From Sporopachydermia quercuum (Eukaryota): a DNA stretch of 64,000 nt. Where the stretch lies: NCBI GenBank assembly GCA_001599295.1, contig BCGN01000006.1, forward strand, positions 310,001 through 374,000. Reading direction: 5' to 3'. The translations under genes were made by a program, and so were the position numbers. Of the stretch, positions 34,720 to 47,201 are shown piece after piece. Positions within the stretch are counted from its first letter, which is position 1, and every line of letters starts with the position of its first letter. A model generated the notes under the pieces. The model saw only the letters and a list, made by a program, of their open reading frames with translations. It ran no database searches and was not told the origin of the DNA.

Positions 34720-36976
34720 ATGTCTGAATTAGAATCTGATCATTCTAACGATATTGGCTATCAAACAACTAATGTTACATCGGTCGTAAGTCTTAAATTG
34801 AGTCCTTTTTTTCTTCATTCCTTTAATATGAGATAACTAACAAAGAAATCAGTTGCTGAGGCGGCGAAAATTCCTTCGCAAAGCCATACCTTTTACAATT
34901 ATGGTTTGTGGTGCAACAGGTACAGGGAAATCGACATTCATCAACACTTTATGTGAAGTCGAAGGAAGTAATAAATTAATTGATAAAACGAAGAGATACG
35001 ATAACTTCAATGCTTCTTTTGATCGTAAAGAGTGGATCGATCGTTTGGTGAAACAGGCAATAGAAGGGAAGTCAGCATTCGAGGACCAAAATCAGAAATT
35101 GGTTGATGACGACAACTTAATGGATAACATATTGGGAAAACCCACATCAGGATATGGTAGCGTTGAGCCTTTATCACCTAGTAAAGAAGGAATAGCTAGA
35201 TCACATTCGTATCAGAATTCGCTTACCAACTCGAAAGTTGAAAGTCTTATAGGTGGTGAGTTAAGGCCAGCTAAGACTCGGACAGCTAATCGTGAGAGTA
35301 ACTCGCACGTCTTAAATAACTCCCGTATTTCTTCTATTCAGAAACAACAAGAAAAAATGGAAAGATTAAGTAAAGAGAATGCAACTGATAACATTTATGA
35401 TTATGTCGATTACAAATTAAGCTATTTTGATGTTGATTTCGAACCTGAAAGAGCTCATGAAGAACCTGGATTCTCTTTGAGCCGCTATTCTATCAATTTA
35501 GAAGATGAAGATGGGTCTCATATTGCATTGTCGGTGTTGGATACACCAGGATTTGGTGATAATCTTGAAAACGAGTTCTGCTTTGAAGAAATATGCAGAT
35601 ATATCACACAACAGTTTGATTATATCATTGCTGAAGAAACCAAATTGAAAAGAAATCCTCGAGGGCCCAATTACGACAACCGTGTGCATTTATTACTTTA
35701 TTTTATCGAACCAACTGGGCATGGACTTCGTGAAATCGATGTAAAAGCAATGAAAGCTTTCTCTAAGTATGTCAATATTATTCCAGTGATAAGTAAAGCT
35801 GATTCTTTCACTACTGCTGAAATAAAGACATTCAAGAAAAATTTGATGAGAGACTTCAATCATTGGACTATTCCTATTTATGATTTCCCGTATGAAGATG
35901 AGGCAACAGAAACAGCTGAAGATTTAGAATCAATAAGAGAGAACAAACTTTTAAGATCTCTTTTACCCTTTTCAGTCATTGGTGCTGATGACATACGATC
36001 TGGACCTAGAGGAAGACACTATCAATGGGGAACAGTTGAAGTTGATAATCCAGATCACTGCGATTTTATTTACTTGAAGAATGCCATTTTAGGATCTCAT
36101 CTCAGTGAGCTGAAAGATTTAACAAATAACTTTCTATATGAAAACTATAGAACAGAAAAATTATCAGAAGTAACAGAGTCGTCCATTTTAATAGAAAACC
36201 AAGACTCTTTTGTGGAAGGAACTACAACAAAGAAATTTCCTGATCCTTCTATTACCAACATCATGGATATTGTGAGCGAGACACCTAAGCTAAATCATGT
36301 GAGAGCTTCACCATCTATATCTAGTAATAATTCAGGTAAATATAAGTCGATGTTAGACGTTGGGACGCAGAGTGAGAAACAGAGCAGTGCTAGAAATACT
36401 CCTGTTGTTGGTGCTTCTGAACATTTGAAATCACTATCTCCTGCTCCATCGCCCGCTGCGTCTCAATACGAAGATGGAGTTGAACTCAAAACTAATGAAA
36501 AGTTCAAGGATATCCAGACAATGTCAAAAACGTTACCTTTCATTATCAAGACACAACAACTGAGTGAAAAGAAACAGAAACTCCAAGAGTATTATGATCA
36601 ATTGAAGGCTGAATTAGAATCAGAACAGAAATTGTTGGAGGAGAAAGAACTGCTATTGACGGAGCAGAAGAAGAAAAGAGAGTTGATTGAAGAGCAAAGA
36701 ATACAGGCTTTGAGAGAACAAGAGATTGCGATTGAAATGGAGAAGCAGCGAGAACGAGAATTGGAGTTAGAACGAGAACATCGACGGTTGGAGTTAGAAA
36801 CACAGCAGGAATTTCAAGATGCAGAAACTAATTTAGTAACAGAGGAAAATGAAACACATGCCGCGAGCTCTGTTTATGAAGCTGATGANGAAGTAAATGA
36901 GAATGAACACAACGATAACAATGAAGTGCACGGAAATGGGGAAGAGAATCAAACAAATGGAGAAGGTAATCACTGA
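34720..36976 (+). CDS. Septin of the Cdc11/Shs1/Spr28 group, exons 34720-34785 and 34853-36976
   Basis: Polybasic LRRRKFLRK, P-loop GATGTGKS, DTPGFGD, KADS, YENYRT and C-terminal coiled coil. Phase-0 intron GTAAGT...AACTAAC...CAG. Confidence 0.92.
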
Positions 36977-37306
36977 TATCAGAAAACAACAATCATTCAT
37001 GAATATTATAGCTGTGCATAATAAAATTGGACTCTAATAGATAATATAGCTGAATATGTAGATCCTTCACTGAATAAAGTTCATAAACAATGTTTTTTCC
37101 TTCCACATGGTAGCACTCGTAAAAACAAAAAAGAAGCTGGTTTTTGTAAGTATATAGATTATAGTATATCTCTAGTAATAGTGGTAGGACTTTATATCTC
37201 TTTTCAATCTTTACTGTTACATAAAATACATGATCAGTTTCGTTCCATATAAGCATTCAATCAGCCAACAACTCTACCAGCTCTATTCGCTTTCTCCACG
37301 TGCATG

Positions 37307-37954
37307 TCACTCTTGTGATTTATCGATTTTAGTACGGTTTTCTATCACTTTATCCACTATGCCATACTCAACAGCTTCTTCAGCACTTAAAAATCGATCT
37401 CTTTCCAGTAAATCGTGTACTTCTTCTATCGTTAAACCCTTCATCATATGACTTAAATATATGTTATTGAGCCTATGTTTCATATCAATAATATGCTTAG
37501 CATGAATTTCAATATCAGTTGCTTGTCCTTGATATCCTCCGCTCGGTTGGTGTACCATAACTGAAGCGTTTGGCAAAATCATACGTTTACCAGCTGTACC
37601 ACTAGCTAACAACAGTGATCCCATTGAACATGCTTGTCCTAAACATACCGTACTAATATCATTGGATATATATTGCATAGTATCATAAATCGCCAGCCCT
37701 GAGGATACATTGCCTCCTGGTGAATTTATGTACATGTATATGTCTTTCTGTGGGTTGACTGATTCTAAGTACAGCAATTGAGCTGTAATGGAGGTTGTTG
37801 TTACATCATCGATTGGACCTGATAGGTATATTATCCTGTCCTTCAATAATCGTGAAAAAATATCATAAGAAGTTGAAAGCCCATTATGATTTTTATTCGC
37901 AAAAGATATTTTACTGAATTGTTTTGTGAATGGTCTTATGTTTCTTATTGACAT
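37307..37954 (-). CDS. CLPP: Mitochondrial ATP-dependent Clp protease proteolytic subunit
   Basis: [20 protein letters not shown] and the Ser-His-Asp triad (ACSMGS, MVHQP, RDRF). Basic N-terminal presequence. Confidence 0.95.
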   Translation of the reverse strand: MSIRNIRPFTKQFSKISFANKNHNGLSTSYDIFSRLLKDRIIYLSGPIDDVTTTSITAQLLYLESVNPQKDIYMYINSPGGNVSSGLAIYDTMQYISNDISTVCLGQACSMGSLLLASGTAGKRMILPNASVMVHQPSGGYQGQATDIEIHAKHIIDMKHRLNNIYLSHMMKGLTIEEVHDLLERDRFLSAEEAVEYGIVDKVIENRTKIDKSQE

Positions 37955-38652
37955 ATTATATATGTATCAGCTTCGCTTTACACCCTGTTTCTTCATGACA
38001 TATGATTCATATAGCAGAACTCTGTTGGGGCAGCTGTGACTTTAGACTATTAAATAAAAAACTTGATTAATGCTCTGTTTTCCATTGATTATTGTTTTCT
38101 GTTCTCCTTGTGTGTTATATTCGATCACCATCACAAATAAACATATCCAGTGTTCTGTTCATTTATTTGATGAGTCACACTACAGCAAGGCTACATGCAA
38201 ACTAGCTGTATCTATTGGAGATAAACCTGATGGTAGTAAAGAAAAGAGAAATGAACATGGTATGCAAAGAAATAAATGGCTCTATAATAAAAAGAAAATT
38301 ATTAATAAATCTACAAGCGTTCAACGCTGAAAAAAAAAATAAGTAAATGATTATATTAATACATTATGAATCAACCTGTGTTTAAGGTATCGATCGATCG
38401 TTTCTTATCCTCTTTCCTCCTTCCTTCCCTATTTCTGACCTTGTGGAGAGGCACCTTCGGCACCTTCGGCACCTATCCGTTGAATATCCAAAATTACAAG
38501 CAATAACAATACTTTGTCGACATTCGAACCAGTTAAAGGAATGTTTTCATTACCTGTCCGCATCCGTAAAGGTAAAGTGTTGTGTATGATTGGTGTCTGG
38601 TTGAATGCGAGCTCTTTTTTTTTTTTTTTATCTCTAAACAAACTAGACTCAT

Positions 38653-38889
38653 TCAGCTTCTGTAATGACTAGATGAGCTAGGTCCTTTCAAAATTATAGG
38701 AACAGGCTGTGGTTTATGAACTTCAACATGTTCTTCTTGTCCAGGAGCATATAGCTTAAAAGGAGTGTTTGGTCTACTGGCTGGTTGAGATTCAGGTGTG
38801 CTAGATCTTGAACGTACTGATTCTTGTTGTTCTTTGAGTCTTTGTAGTCTTTTTTGTTCGATTTCTGGTGCAACTTCAAAGAAAGCCAT
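38653..38889 (-). CDS. Small 78-aa hypothetical protein
   Basis: Strong AAAATGGCT start context. Charged helix followed by an S/T-P-rich tail. Plausible promoter region upstream. Confidence 0.55.
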   Translation of the reverse strand: MAFFEVAPEIEQKRLQRLKEQQESVRSRSSTPESQPASRPNTPFKLYAPGQEEHVEVHKPQPVPIILKGPSSSSHYRS

Positions 38890-40312
38890 TTTGACAGAGT
38901 TATGTGATAGAGTATTAGATTATTAATATAAAACGACTAATATCTATATAGCAATTTAAGTTGATCTACTTCAATTGTTTGATAATTGGTAGGAATGTGA
39001 ATCTATAGCTGTAGTTATGTATACAATGCTACTACTTATGTGTTGTATTCAGTAATGAATAGATATTCGAACCACTTTGATCATAGCTTATTGGAAAGAA
39101 AGAAAAGGAGGAAAGAAAGGAAGAAAACAAATGTACTACATGGTTAAAAAAATAGCATTACTATTCTTCGCCTTTAGGAGTGAAATTTTTCAGTCATAAA
39201 ATTTTCCAATTCTCCGAGATGTGTGTGCTAAATAAGGTTTGCTTGTCTTACTACCTAATTTCGACTACTACTGTGAGGTATAAATGGGTATAAATGAGTC
39301 AGAAGTAAGAGAAAAAAAAGCCACCTGGAAAAGAAGCTTTGAAGCTTTGAAGATTGAATAATACCTGAAATTATTTTTCAATAACGATATGATATCCCAA
39401 GTTCAAGTTCATTTTTGTATACTTGCTCTGGAAGTAAATACCAACTATTTATCTCTTTTATTCAACTGAACTGACACATATACCTCTCTGTTTGTTCATT
39501 ATTCCGGTTCCTTTTCAAAACAAAGTTCAACTTCAGCATTTCTGATACAACTAAAGATCTCCCAGAATGCCCTATTGGGTTTATTATTACCCTTAGAAAA
39601 TTTATTCATCTCGTGAATCCCCCGAGATTACCCTCTGTTCGATGACACGCAGGAAGCTTCGGGGGTCTCTAGAGATTATTGATTTCTAGCATGGGGCTTC
39701 AAAATTTTCACATTTCTCCCTGGTTTTCTTTTCCTCGGTTTTTGTGAGCAATGAAGGCCGACTAGTTTTAGTACTGCTTTTTCTCTATTAAGCAACCGAA
39801 ATAGGCTGGCGTCACTATTTTTATTCATTAGTAATAATGGTTTGATGCTGACCCGAAAGCCGTTAGATCGGCTTAGTTTTTGTTTTGGTTAGATCGAATT
39901 GTACTCAGAGTATCTCCGTTCTTAGATCTGCGAAATGATACTAACGGTCATAATCTCAGTGACATGATGATATTAGCTTGTATGGTTTTATTATTAGATT
40001 TGTTTTTCTGTCATAAAGTATTTTGTGGTTATAGTTATGTATTTTATGTCATATATAATCATTGGTTATTGACTGAATCGTGAGATTTTGAACAAACTAA
40101 GCAATGCACCCAATATTGCGCTACGATAAAAGTGATTGTTCGTTTTTATGAGCTTGAGCTTGAGGTCTTGTAACGAGATGTATCCCATTGATATCCTTAT
40201 TACTATCTACTTTAATAATAAAATGTATGTCTTATCTTATTTTCATGACTATGTCTTCTTATACCTACATCTGCTCATCAATCATTAAGACTGATAGACT
40301 ATCTCATTTACT

Positions 40313-43300
40313 TCACCTTCCGAACAATTTGAAGACCATGTAAGTAGTACATCCCAAAAACCTAAAGGCAGCTACACCAGCTACTGTCCATAAAATGACA
40401 GCCATAAAAATTTCTTCTCGAGATTGCAATGTAGAGTCACAAGAGGCAGTATCTAATGCTAGTTGTCTTGGAAAGTACTTGAGATTGACTGCAGATGCAG
40501 CAGTAGTAGAACTGTCATCCTTTTTCAGATTACCAATACCTCCTGTTGTAAGTACAACTGCCACTATTATAAAATTGGAAATAATCCATGTTAACACAAC
40601 ACTTGAGCGAATCAAAGCATAGTAATCTTTCTCCTTCTCATCAGCACTAGATCTCTCCTCGGGAGGCTCGTATGGAGCCAATAGCACACCGATTTGCTCA
40701 CCATAATTAGCATCAATCTCCTCAGGCTTAGTTGGAATTTCAACTTCTAATTGACCTTTGTCATCAGCTTTGGCTACACCTAAATCAGTCTTTTGACCTG
40801 TATCACCTTTCGTTCCCCAAGAAATATCGTGAATATTGCAGAAAGCATATACATTAAGCACGTTAATAAATGAAGGGGTCAATAGAATATACTGTAAAGA
40901 AGATGTTACAATATGCCAAGGGTCCAGATATATCAATGAAGATAAAAGGTACAAAATATAAGTTGAGAGCATAGAAACCACCAGTGTTCTGAAAGTTGAA
41001 TTAGTGAATAGTAAGTTAGCATCGAACACATCATTATTACACTTAATAGCTGCTTTAGCTGCATGTACTGATGTTATTACAGCTACAACCATTAAGTATA
41101 ACATTAATATGGCAAAAAAAGTAACAACTACCAAATAAAACCATTTGGTACCTTTAGGTCTATTTCCAAAAGCTAGAACAAATGTTGATACCAAGCAAAT
41201 ACCATATAACCAAAGAAATAAGAACGATAAAGCCCTATAAACGTCATTAGTAGTACCAATACTTACCGTTAGAATTCTAAATACAAGGAAGAAAGAGCCA
41301 ATAGAAAACCATGACAAGAGAAGATTAATCAGTTGATAAACCATTTCAATCATTAGAAAAGCCAAACGGAGAGCAGAGTGACCTGATCTGAATATGCGGT
41401 AGAAATGAACAGCTGAGTAAATGGCAGCAAAAAATGAACCGTTAAGCCATCTTCTTCTTTGTAGAATAAACTCTGATAATCCACTTGGTACATCGGTTGC
41501 TGCATGGGCTGAACTAACATAACGCAGTACCCAATTGCAGTTCTGCTTAGCAACAAGTTCAAAACATAAAATTCTATCTTCAGCAAGATACATGTTAGAT
41601 GTGAACACACCAGCATTCGAAGAGTGTAACGTTTCACCCTTAAAGTATTTCTCTAAAGGACCTTCTCCGTGCTCATTATTTTGCACAGCTCTCAATCTGT
41701 AGGCTGAAAATGCACCAGGAAGAACAGAAATAAACCCAAATACAGATTCCGTTGGTTTGTCAAGAATATTTGACATTTTATATTCAAAATTTTGGCCTGC
41801 AATTAATGGATTTAAAAGTAAACTACCACTCTTACCAAGCATAGCTTTGATCTCACCACATGCACCACCGACATTAGGGTGAAGGTCGAATTCTTTCCAT
41901 AATCTATAAATTGATTTTGAACCAGGTTTGGTACCAGCATCAAGTAAAACAACAACTTCAGGCTTGAGAATAGGAGCAAATGCTTGGAAACACCAACGAT
42001 GAGAGTTGATTTTCTTTTGATTTTTTTCTTTCAAACAGAATAATAATTGTACTGGGACTGTCTTTTCTGTAGTAAGCTTAACGTTAGTATCAGTAACTTC
42101 TGATATACCAACCATAGTAGTAAATTCATATATATGACTGGAAACTGGTTTATCATTCACCATATTCTTAGCAAATCCTTCTTGGTAAACCCCTAGAGCA
42201 GCTAATAAGGCTCTTGATCGTGGATTGATCTTAGTTCTACCATCACTGACAATACACACAACTACTTTCTTCCACGCCTCTTTGCCCCAAGTAGAAGAGT
42301 TTGTTCGCGTCATTAAATACTTGATGTTCTTGAAAACACCTTGTAGTGTTCTGGCCAATAGAATGTCCTCTTCATTATACATCGTAATAACAATCATCAG
42401 TTCAGTAGTTCGCGGACGTTGATAACAGGTTTGGCGTAAGGTGAAATTGTTGGCGACAAAATCACTGGCATCACAGGTAGCTGCACTATATCTCATATAA
42501 GTAAATTCACGCTCAGTTCGAGGTTCAGGATACTTAGCTAGCAATTGATTTGATACAGGACAATCCAATACCAAATTGCCATTCATTAGCTTGATTTTCT
42601 TTGGTACAATAAGGCGTCTTTCCTGAGAACCAGGAGGAGGTGGTTGAGCAACTCCTTCTTCATCAATGAAAGGATTACTTTCAGCAGTCGTTTCATTGTT
42701 ATGATCTGGGTCATCATCATTCTCAATTAACCCTGATGTACCAAAATCAAACCCCTCTTCATTGACCAAATGACGCTCATCAGTTAGTGGAAGTTCGGTT
42801 TGAGGTTGAGGTTCTTCAATGAAAGTGTTCAAAGCGTATTGATCACCAGCAATTGGAAATGGCTTAAAGCTATCAAAATCATCTTCAGATTTGTCGTAGA
42901 CAAATGCACCTCTGAACGGACTCATTACAGAAGGTGGTTGCGGTGGCTGAGGGGGAAGGGGAGGCAAACCAGGTGGACTATGGTTCAATAGATAACCGTT
43001 GTCTTGGCTGCTTATGTAGCTGTTGTCATTTATAGTAGTAGTGGGATATAGATCAGGTCTATTAGAAAGACTAGACGTATCTTCTTGACCACTGTATGAA
43101 GGAGTGTAAGGATTAGGAGCCCTGGGGAGAGAATAATCTCTATAACCTCTAATGTGACCCATCTCATTCATTTCAAAGTCATTTTGATGGTGGAACACAC
43201 TTGGTGGATCAACTGGGTATCCTTCAGCTAATGCCTCCGGGGCGTACTCTGGATGATCCTGCTGTAGATCAATTCGAGGCCCAGACGCGTTCCTCAGTGG

Positions 43301-43468
43301 TTCGTAAGGACTTGGATTGAAATATGACACATTTTGACGAGGACGAGGATAAGAATGTGGGTCTGGCTCATGCTCTTCAGTCAGTCCATATTCAACATCA
43401 TGATCCGGAGGAGTATTGGAGTATTGTTGTCGGACATAATATCGATTATCGTTGTTATTACCGCTCAT
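40313..43468 (-). CDS. CHS1: Chitin synthase, division 1 (probably class I)
   Basis: TMYNE, QNFEYKMSNILDK, LPGAFSAYR, LAEDRIL, QRRRW and SWGTKG motifs with C-terminal TM helices. Confidence 0.93.
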   Translation of the reverse strand: MSGNNNDNRYYVRQQYSNTPPDHDVEYGLTEEHEPDPHSYPRPRQNVSYFNPSPYEPLRNASGPRIDLQQDHPEYAPEALAEGYPVDPPSVFHHQNDFEMNEMGHIRGYRDYSLPRAPNPYTPSYSGQEDTSSLSNRPDLYPTTTINDNSYISSQDNGYLLNHSPPGLPPLPPQPPQPPSVMSPFRGAFVYDKSEDDFDSFKPFPIAGDQYALNTFIEEPQPQTELPLTDERHLVNEEGFDFGTSGLIENDDDPDHNNETTAESNPFIDEEGVAQPPPPGSQERRLIVPKKIKLMNGNLVLDCPVSNQLLAKYPEPRTEREFTYMRYSAATCDASDFVANNFTLRQTCYQRPRTTELMIVITMYNEEDILLARTLQGVFKNIKYLMTRTNSSTWGKEAWKKVVVCIVSDGRTKINPRSRALLAALGVYQEGFAKNMVNDKPVSSHIYEFTTMVGISEVTDTNVKLTTEKTVPVQLLFCLKEKNQKKINSHRWCFQAFAPILKPEVVVLLDAGTKPGSKSIYRLWKEFDLHPNVGGACGEIKAMLGKSGSLLLNPLIAGQNFEYKMSNILDKPTESVFGFISVLPGAFSAYRLRAVQNNEHGEGPLEKYFKGETLHSSNAGVFTSNMYLAEDRILCFELVAKQNCNWVLRYVSSAHAATDVPSGLSEFILQRRRWLNGSFFAAIYSAVHFYRIFRSGHSALRLAFLMIEMVYQLINLLLSWFSIGSFFLVFRILTVSIGTTNDVYRALSFLFLWLYGICLVSTFVLAFGNRPKGTKWFYLVVVTFFAILMLYLMVVAVITSVHAAKAAIKCNNDVFDANLLFTNSTFRTLVVSMLSTYILYLLSSLIYLDPWHIVTSSLQYILLTPSFINVLNVYAFCNIHDISWGTKGDTGQKTDLGVAKADDKGQLEVEIPTKPEEIDANYGEQIGVLLAPYEPPEERSSADEKEKDYYALIRSSVVLTWIISNFIIVAVVLTTGGIGNLKKDDSSTTAASAVNLKYFPRQLALDTASCDSTLQSREEIFMAVILWTVAGVAAFRFLGCTTYMVFKLFGR

Positions 43469-44629
43469 GATTATATAATATTCACTGCAATAAAAATAGA
43501 GTCTTTAATGCAATCAATAACTTATTGGTTTCAGCTAATGAAAAAGTAAAACAGTTCAGATCAAGCAATTCCTGTACATAATCAATTGTTCCTGCTATTA
43601 AAGTGCTAAGATGTGTCTCCAAAGATCAAATGCTGGAGTCAACGTGTTAAGTCTTGAATCTATGATATCTCTAGACGACCAAAATCAAAAACAATTGTTT
43701 GCGATTCCTAACAATTCAACAGCCAGAAACTCCTAATTGAAAACCAAGTAATGATTTCTGTCTAATGTTTTACTGAAATTACTGTCTATGGTTGGACAGA
43801 GCTGAGACCAATTAAATAATTTTGATCATTAATTGTTGATGGATCGTTTCTTTTATTCACATGAGTTTCGTTTTAGTAAGGGTGCTAAATAGAGTTATGG
43901 TAGTTGATTTTTCGAGGTGAATAAAGTATTTTATGTGTACATGTAATTTAAGGTTAAACCTTATTTGATAGGGAAATGTTTCTAGTGTGCCACATTTAGA
44001 TACAGACGAAAGAGCTACGGCGATCTTGTTAGATAAAGGGAATGCCAAAGACAATAAAAACACTCAATATGTAATATATAATATAATCTGAAAGCGAGCC
44101 TTAAGTCTAATGGTCTAATTTAAGGTCATCGAAGGTTGCCTTTCCAAAGTGCAGTCACAATTGGTAGCAGATCACTACTACAGTTCTCTTCTAATTGCGC
44201 TGAGCCTCATCATCATTCAAACTTCAACTAAGTTCCATTCCTCAAAACGATTTAGTTAATGCACTAAGTCTAACTGAAACTATTTTTAGACATAGAGCAG
44301 AGAACCAAAGCTCACAACTCTTTTTTTGTTTCATTTTATTTTGATATCAACTTTTGGCGTCTTCCTTGTTTCATGTACGGTTTATAAAGTTGCCATACAA
44401 ATACCCATAATAGAAGAAATAATGGGGAAGCAATTAAACCTAATTTTTCCTGCTTCTATCTTTATCATGGCTCATCTCAAAACCAATCCTGAAAGCAATT
44501 TAACGATTTTATACGAGTATTACCTCAAAAAGTTTTACCTCAAACCTTTGAAATATATTAGAAAAACGAATGTGAATATATATCTAATTAATTTAATACA
44601 AGAGAGAAAGACAGTCAATTGGGTGAAAC

Positions 44630-46618
44630 TTATAAATTGCAGCAACCGTGAGTGTTGTTATCCACTAAGGTAGACTTGTTGTAGTTTTGATTGGATCTAG
44701 GAACGTCTAATGTAGGATTCTTTTCAAAGAAACCAGATGGTTTTAATTCTAATGATAACATATCAACAGGCATAACAGGGAAATCTTCAGGTCTAGGAAT
44801 GTGAGTTAATGCGAAAGTGTGCCATAAAACACAGTCAGTGTTTTCAACATCATCTTCTCTACCGGCCCAAATACCTAAACCAGTTTCTTTGGAAGATTGA
44901 TTGGTGAATTCACCACCAGCCCACAATTCTTGATCTCTGTATTTGGTGACCCAGAAAGGATGAGTAGTGTAAATACCTCTCTTAACGTTGAATGATCTAG
45001 GCTTCATGAGAATGCCTTGAGTAGTGATGTGCCATAATCTGTAACCAATAGGTTTCTTTGTAACGGCATTGATCTTGTTAGGGTTGATAACCTTGATGTA
45101 ACGTCCATTTTGAACGTTGTAGTCCAAATAACCAGCTTTCTTGATAGGATATTGCTTAGCAATAAAACAACATCCGTAAGGATCATCAATTTCATCTTCT
45201 TCAGTACCAACGGTTTCTTCGTAGACAACTGTGTTTCTTCTGTAGTCATCAATAGCAGGATCAACACGGAGGTTGAAAACGTGTTGATGGTTAGGAGCTT
45301 GAACAACTGCACCCAATCTGGTAGCATATGGAAGCAGAACTCCATCCTTAGAAGGAACAGTAGACAAGATACCAGTAGCTCTGATATCAATTCTAATATT
45401 GGCTGCTTGATCCAAGATCAACATAACAATGTATTCGTAGTTAGCAACAGTAGCAACAGTTTGAATGATTAATTCTCTCTTTCTCACAACTTGAGATAAC
45501 TCAGGACATCTGAAGTTGGTATGCTTCCATTGGATACCATTATCAACCTCGTGCATACATATAGCATTAGGCTTGATAACGGGTTCTCCCTTTGCATCAG
45601 AAACGAATCCATCAAAATATTTGATCAAACCTAAGCAATCACAACCTAAACCAAGACCATTTGCCGCAACACCGAATCCAACGTCACCTAAATCGTAGGC
45701 TTGTTTTCTGTGATAAGGAGGTCTGGGGTCACCATATGGAACAGTCATTTCGTTCATGGCAACTCTGTAGAAAATAGGTCTTCCATCAAAGGTGACATTA
45801 TGTAATACAGCACCTTCTCTCGCATTCCAACCAATGGTAAATGCCCATTTTTGCCAGTAGACTTGGTTTTGGTTGACAACAAATGAGGCACCTTCAGGTT
45901 GAGTGTAATGTAAAGGTTTCAAATCATGTCTGAAATCTTCTGGCTTCATATCTCTAGCGCTGTATTCGTTAGATTTCCAACCAGTCATCTTAGGAATAGG
46001 ATCAGATTCCTTTACAAAATCTTTATCGAGAGGTAATTTGCTAATCCATAATAATTCGTATGATTCACCATCAAAAACAGGAGAGATTGGCAAAGGATTA
46101 GCATAGTGGTTGACTTCGGGATCGTCAGAGAAACCAATGTACATGAAACATTGGAATAAACGTCTGGTTTCATTTGCATTATCAGTTCCATATGGCCATG
46201 GATCGTTGAAAACAATTGCATTTGAAGGCAATTCTAATTCTGCAATTGCGGCCTTAACCTTAGGATGCTCTAAACAGATTTTTTCAAGTAGAGTAGATTC
46301 TTCAACTGTGATGGGTAGTTGCATACCAGCTTCTAATTCAGCGTCTGATTCAATAACAGCCCTGGTTATATTGACAACAGCCTTTCTCGATGGAGCTTTG
46401 TCAGGAGTGAAGTACACTCTGGCTCTTCTGTCTGGGAAAGTATCAACGACTTCCTTCCTGAGTTGAGCTTCCAAGATTGGAACAACTTCATTTTTTGGAG
46501 GTTCATAATAATCAATGATTCTGAATCTCAAGTTGCTTCCATACTTGGCCTTGATGATGGCAGCAGTTGCTCTAATCTCATCAGGAGTGATGGGATGGAA
46601 GATATTCAATTGGACCAT
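44630..46618 (-). CDS. Copper-containing (TPQ) primary amine oxidase
   Basis: TVANYEY TPQ motif, HQH and THIPRPEDFPVMP copper ligands, LGCDCLG. C-terminal CNL may be a PTS1 variant. Confidence 0.95.
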   Translation of the reverse strand: MVQLNIFHPITPDEIRATAAIIKAKYGSNLRFRIIDYYEPPKNEVVPILEAQLRKEVVDTFPDRRARVYFTPDKAPSRKAVVNITRAVIESDAELEAGMQLPITVEESTLLEKICLEHPKVKAAIAELELPSNAIVFNDPWPYGTDNANETRRLFQCFMYIGFSDDPEVNHYANPLPISPVFDGESYELLWISKLPLDKDFVKESDPIPKMTGWKSNEYSARDMKPEDFRHDLKPLHYTQPEGASFVVNQNQVYWQKWAFTIGWNAREGAVLHNVTFDGRPIFYRVAMNEMTVPYGDPRPPYHRKQAYDLGDVGFGVAANGLGLGCDCLGLIKYFDGFVSDAKGEPVIKPNAICMHEVDNGIQWKHTNFRCPELSQVVRKRELIIQTVATVANYEYIVMLILDQAANIRIDIRATGILSTVPSKDGVLLPYATRLGAVVQAPNHQHVFNLRVDPAIDDYRRNTVVYEETVGTEEDEIDDPYGCCFIAKQYPIKKAGYLDYNVQNGRYIKVINPNKINAVTKKPIGYRLWHITTQGILMKPRSFNVKRGIYTTHPFWVTKYRDQELWAGGEFTNQSSKETGLGIWAGREDDVENTDCVLWHTFALTHIPRPEDFPVMPVDMLSLELKPSGFFEKNPTLDVPRSNQNYNKSTLVDNNTHGCCNL

Positions 46619-46684
46619 TGTGAATGTATGTGTGATTCAAATGTATGACCGAATTGTGTTCTTTAGGTTGTTTCTAACAATGTT

Positions 46685-47201
46685 GATAAGTCCACCTTGA
46701 TCAGTGATTCGAATGATGGATAACAGCATTTATAGGACGCACTTCAGAATGTTTTCGGAAATAGCGAATGATTATAAAGAGGGATTCCTTTCTTACTTAT
46801 ATACTCTTTTCTTTTGATAGGAGTGAGATCTTGTTATCCTTGACAGTCAGAACTCCAATAAAGTTCATGAATATATTAACGTTTGGCTAGAATGAGGCCA
46901 AATTTGAACTTTAACTGGCGGTTAAATTTGTATTGTAGTCCTGGTTGTATGATTAAGGATATTATACTACGGAGAATAGTGAAAGAGCACTGTCCTTATT
47001 TGATATCTGTAGTTGAACATGGATGAATAGTGATTAGATAGATATATGGATTACAATGGTGCCAGCTTATTGAAAATTTATGAAGGTAAGAGAGGAGAAC
47101 GATGAAGAAAGATAAGCACTCAATTAGAAGGAGTGAAATGTATGGTTGAATTGAGTTGAACGAACGATGAGATTGTACCATTTCAAGTTCCCCGTCTTAT
47201 C
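46685..47201. promoter_or_regulatory. GATAAG (nitrogen-catabolite GATA factor) sites upstream of the amine oxidase
   Basis: GATAAG at 46685 and 47111, CTTATC at 47196. Consistent with a nitrogen-scavenging gene. Confidence 0.4.

Noticed and set aside
39610..39705. RNase MRP-like GAATCCCC ... ATGGGGCTT pair
   Set aside because: CR-I lacks the conserved G and the spacing (~75 nt) is too short. More likely GC-box promoter sites.
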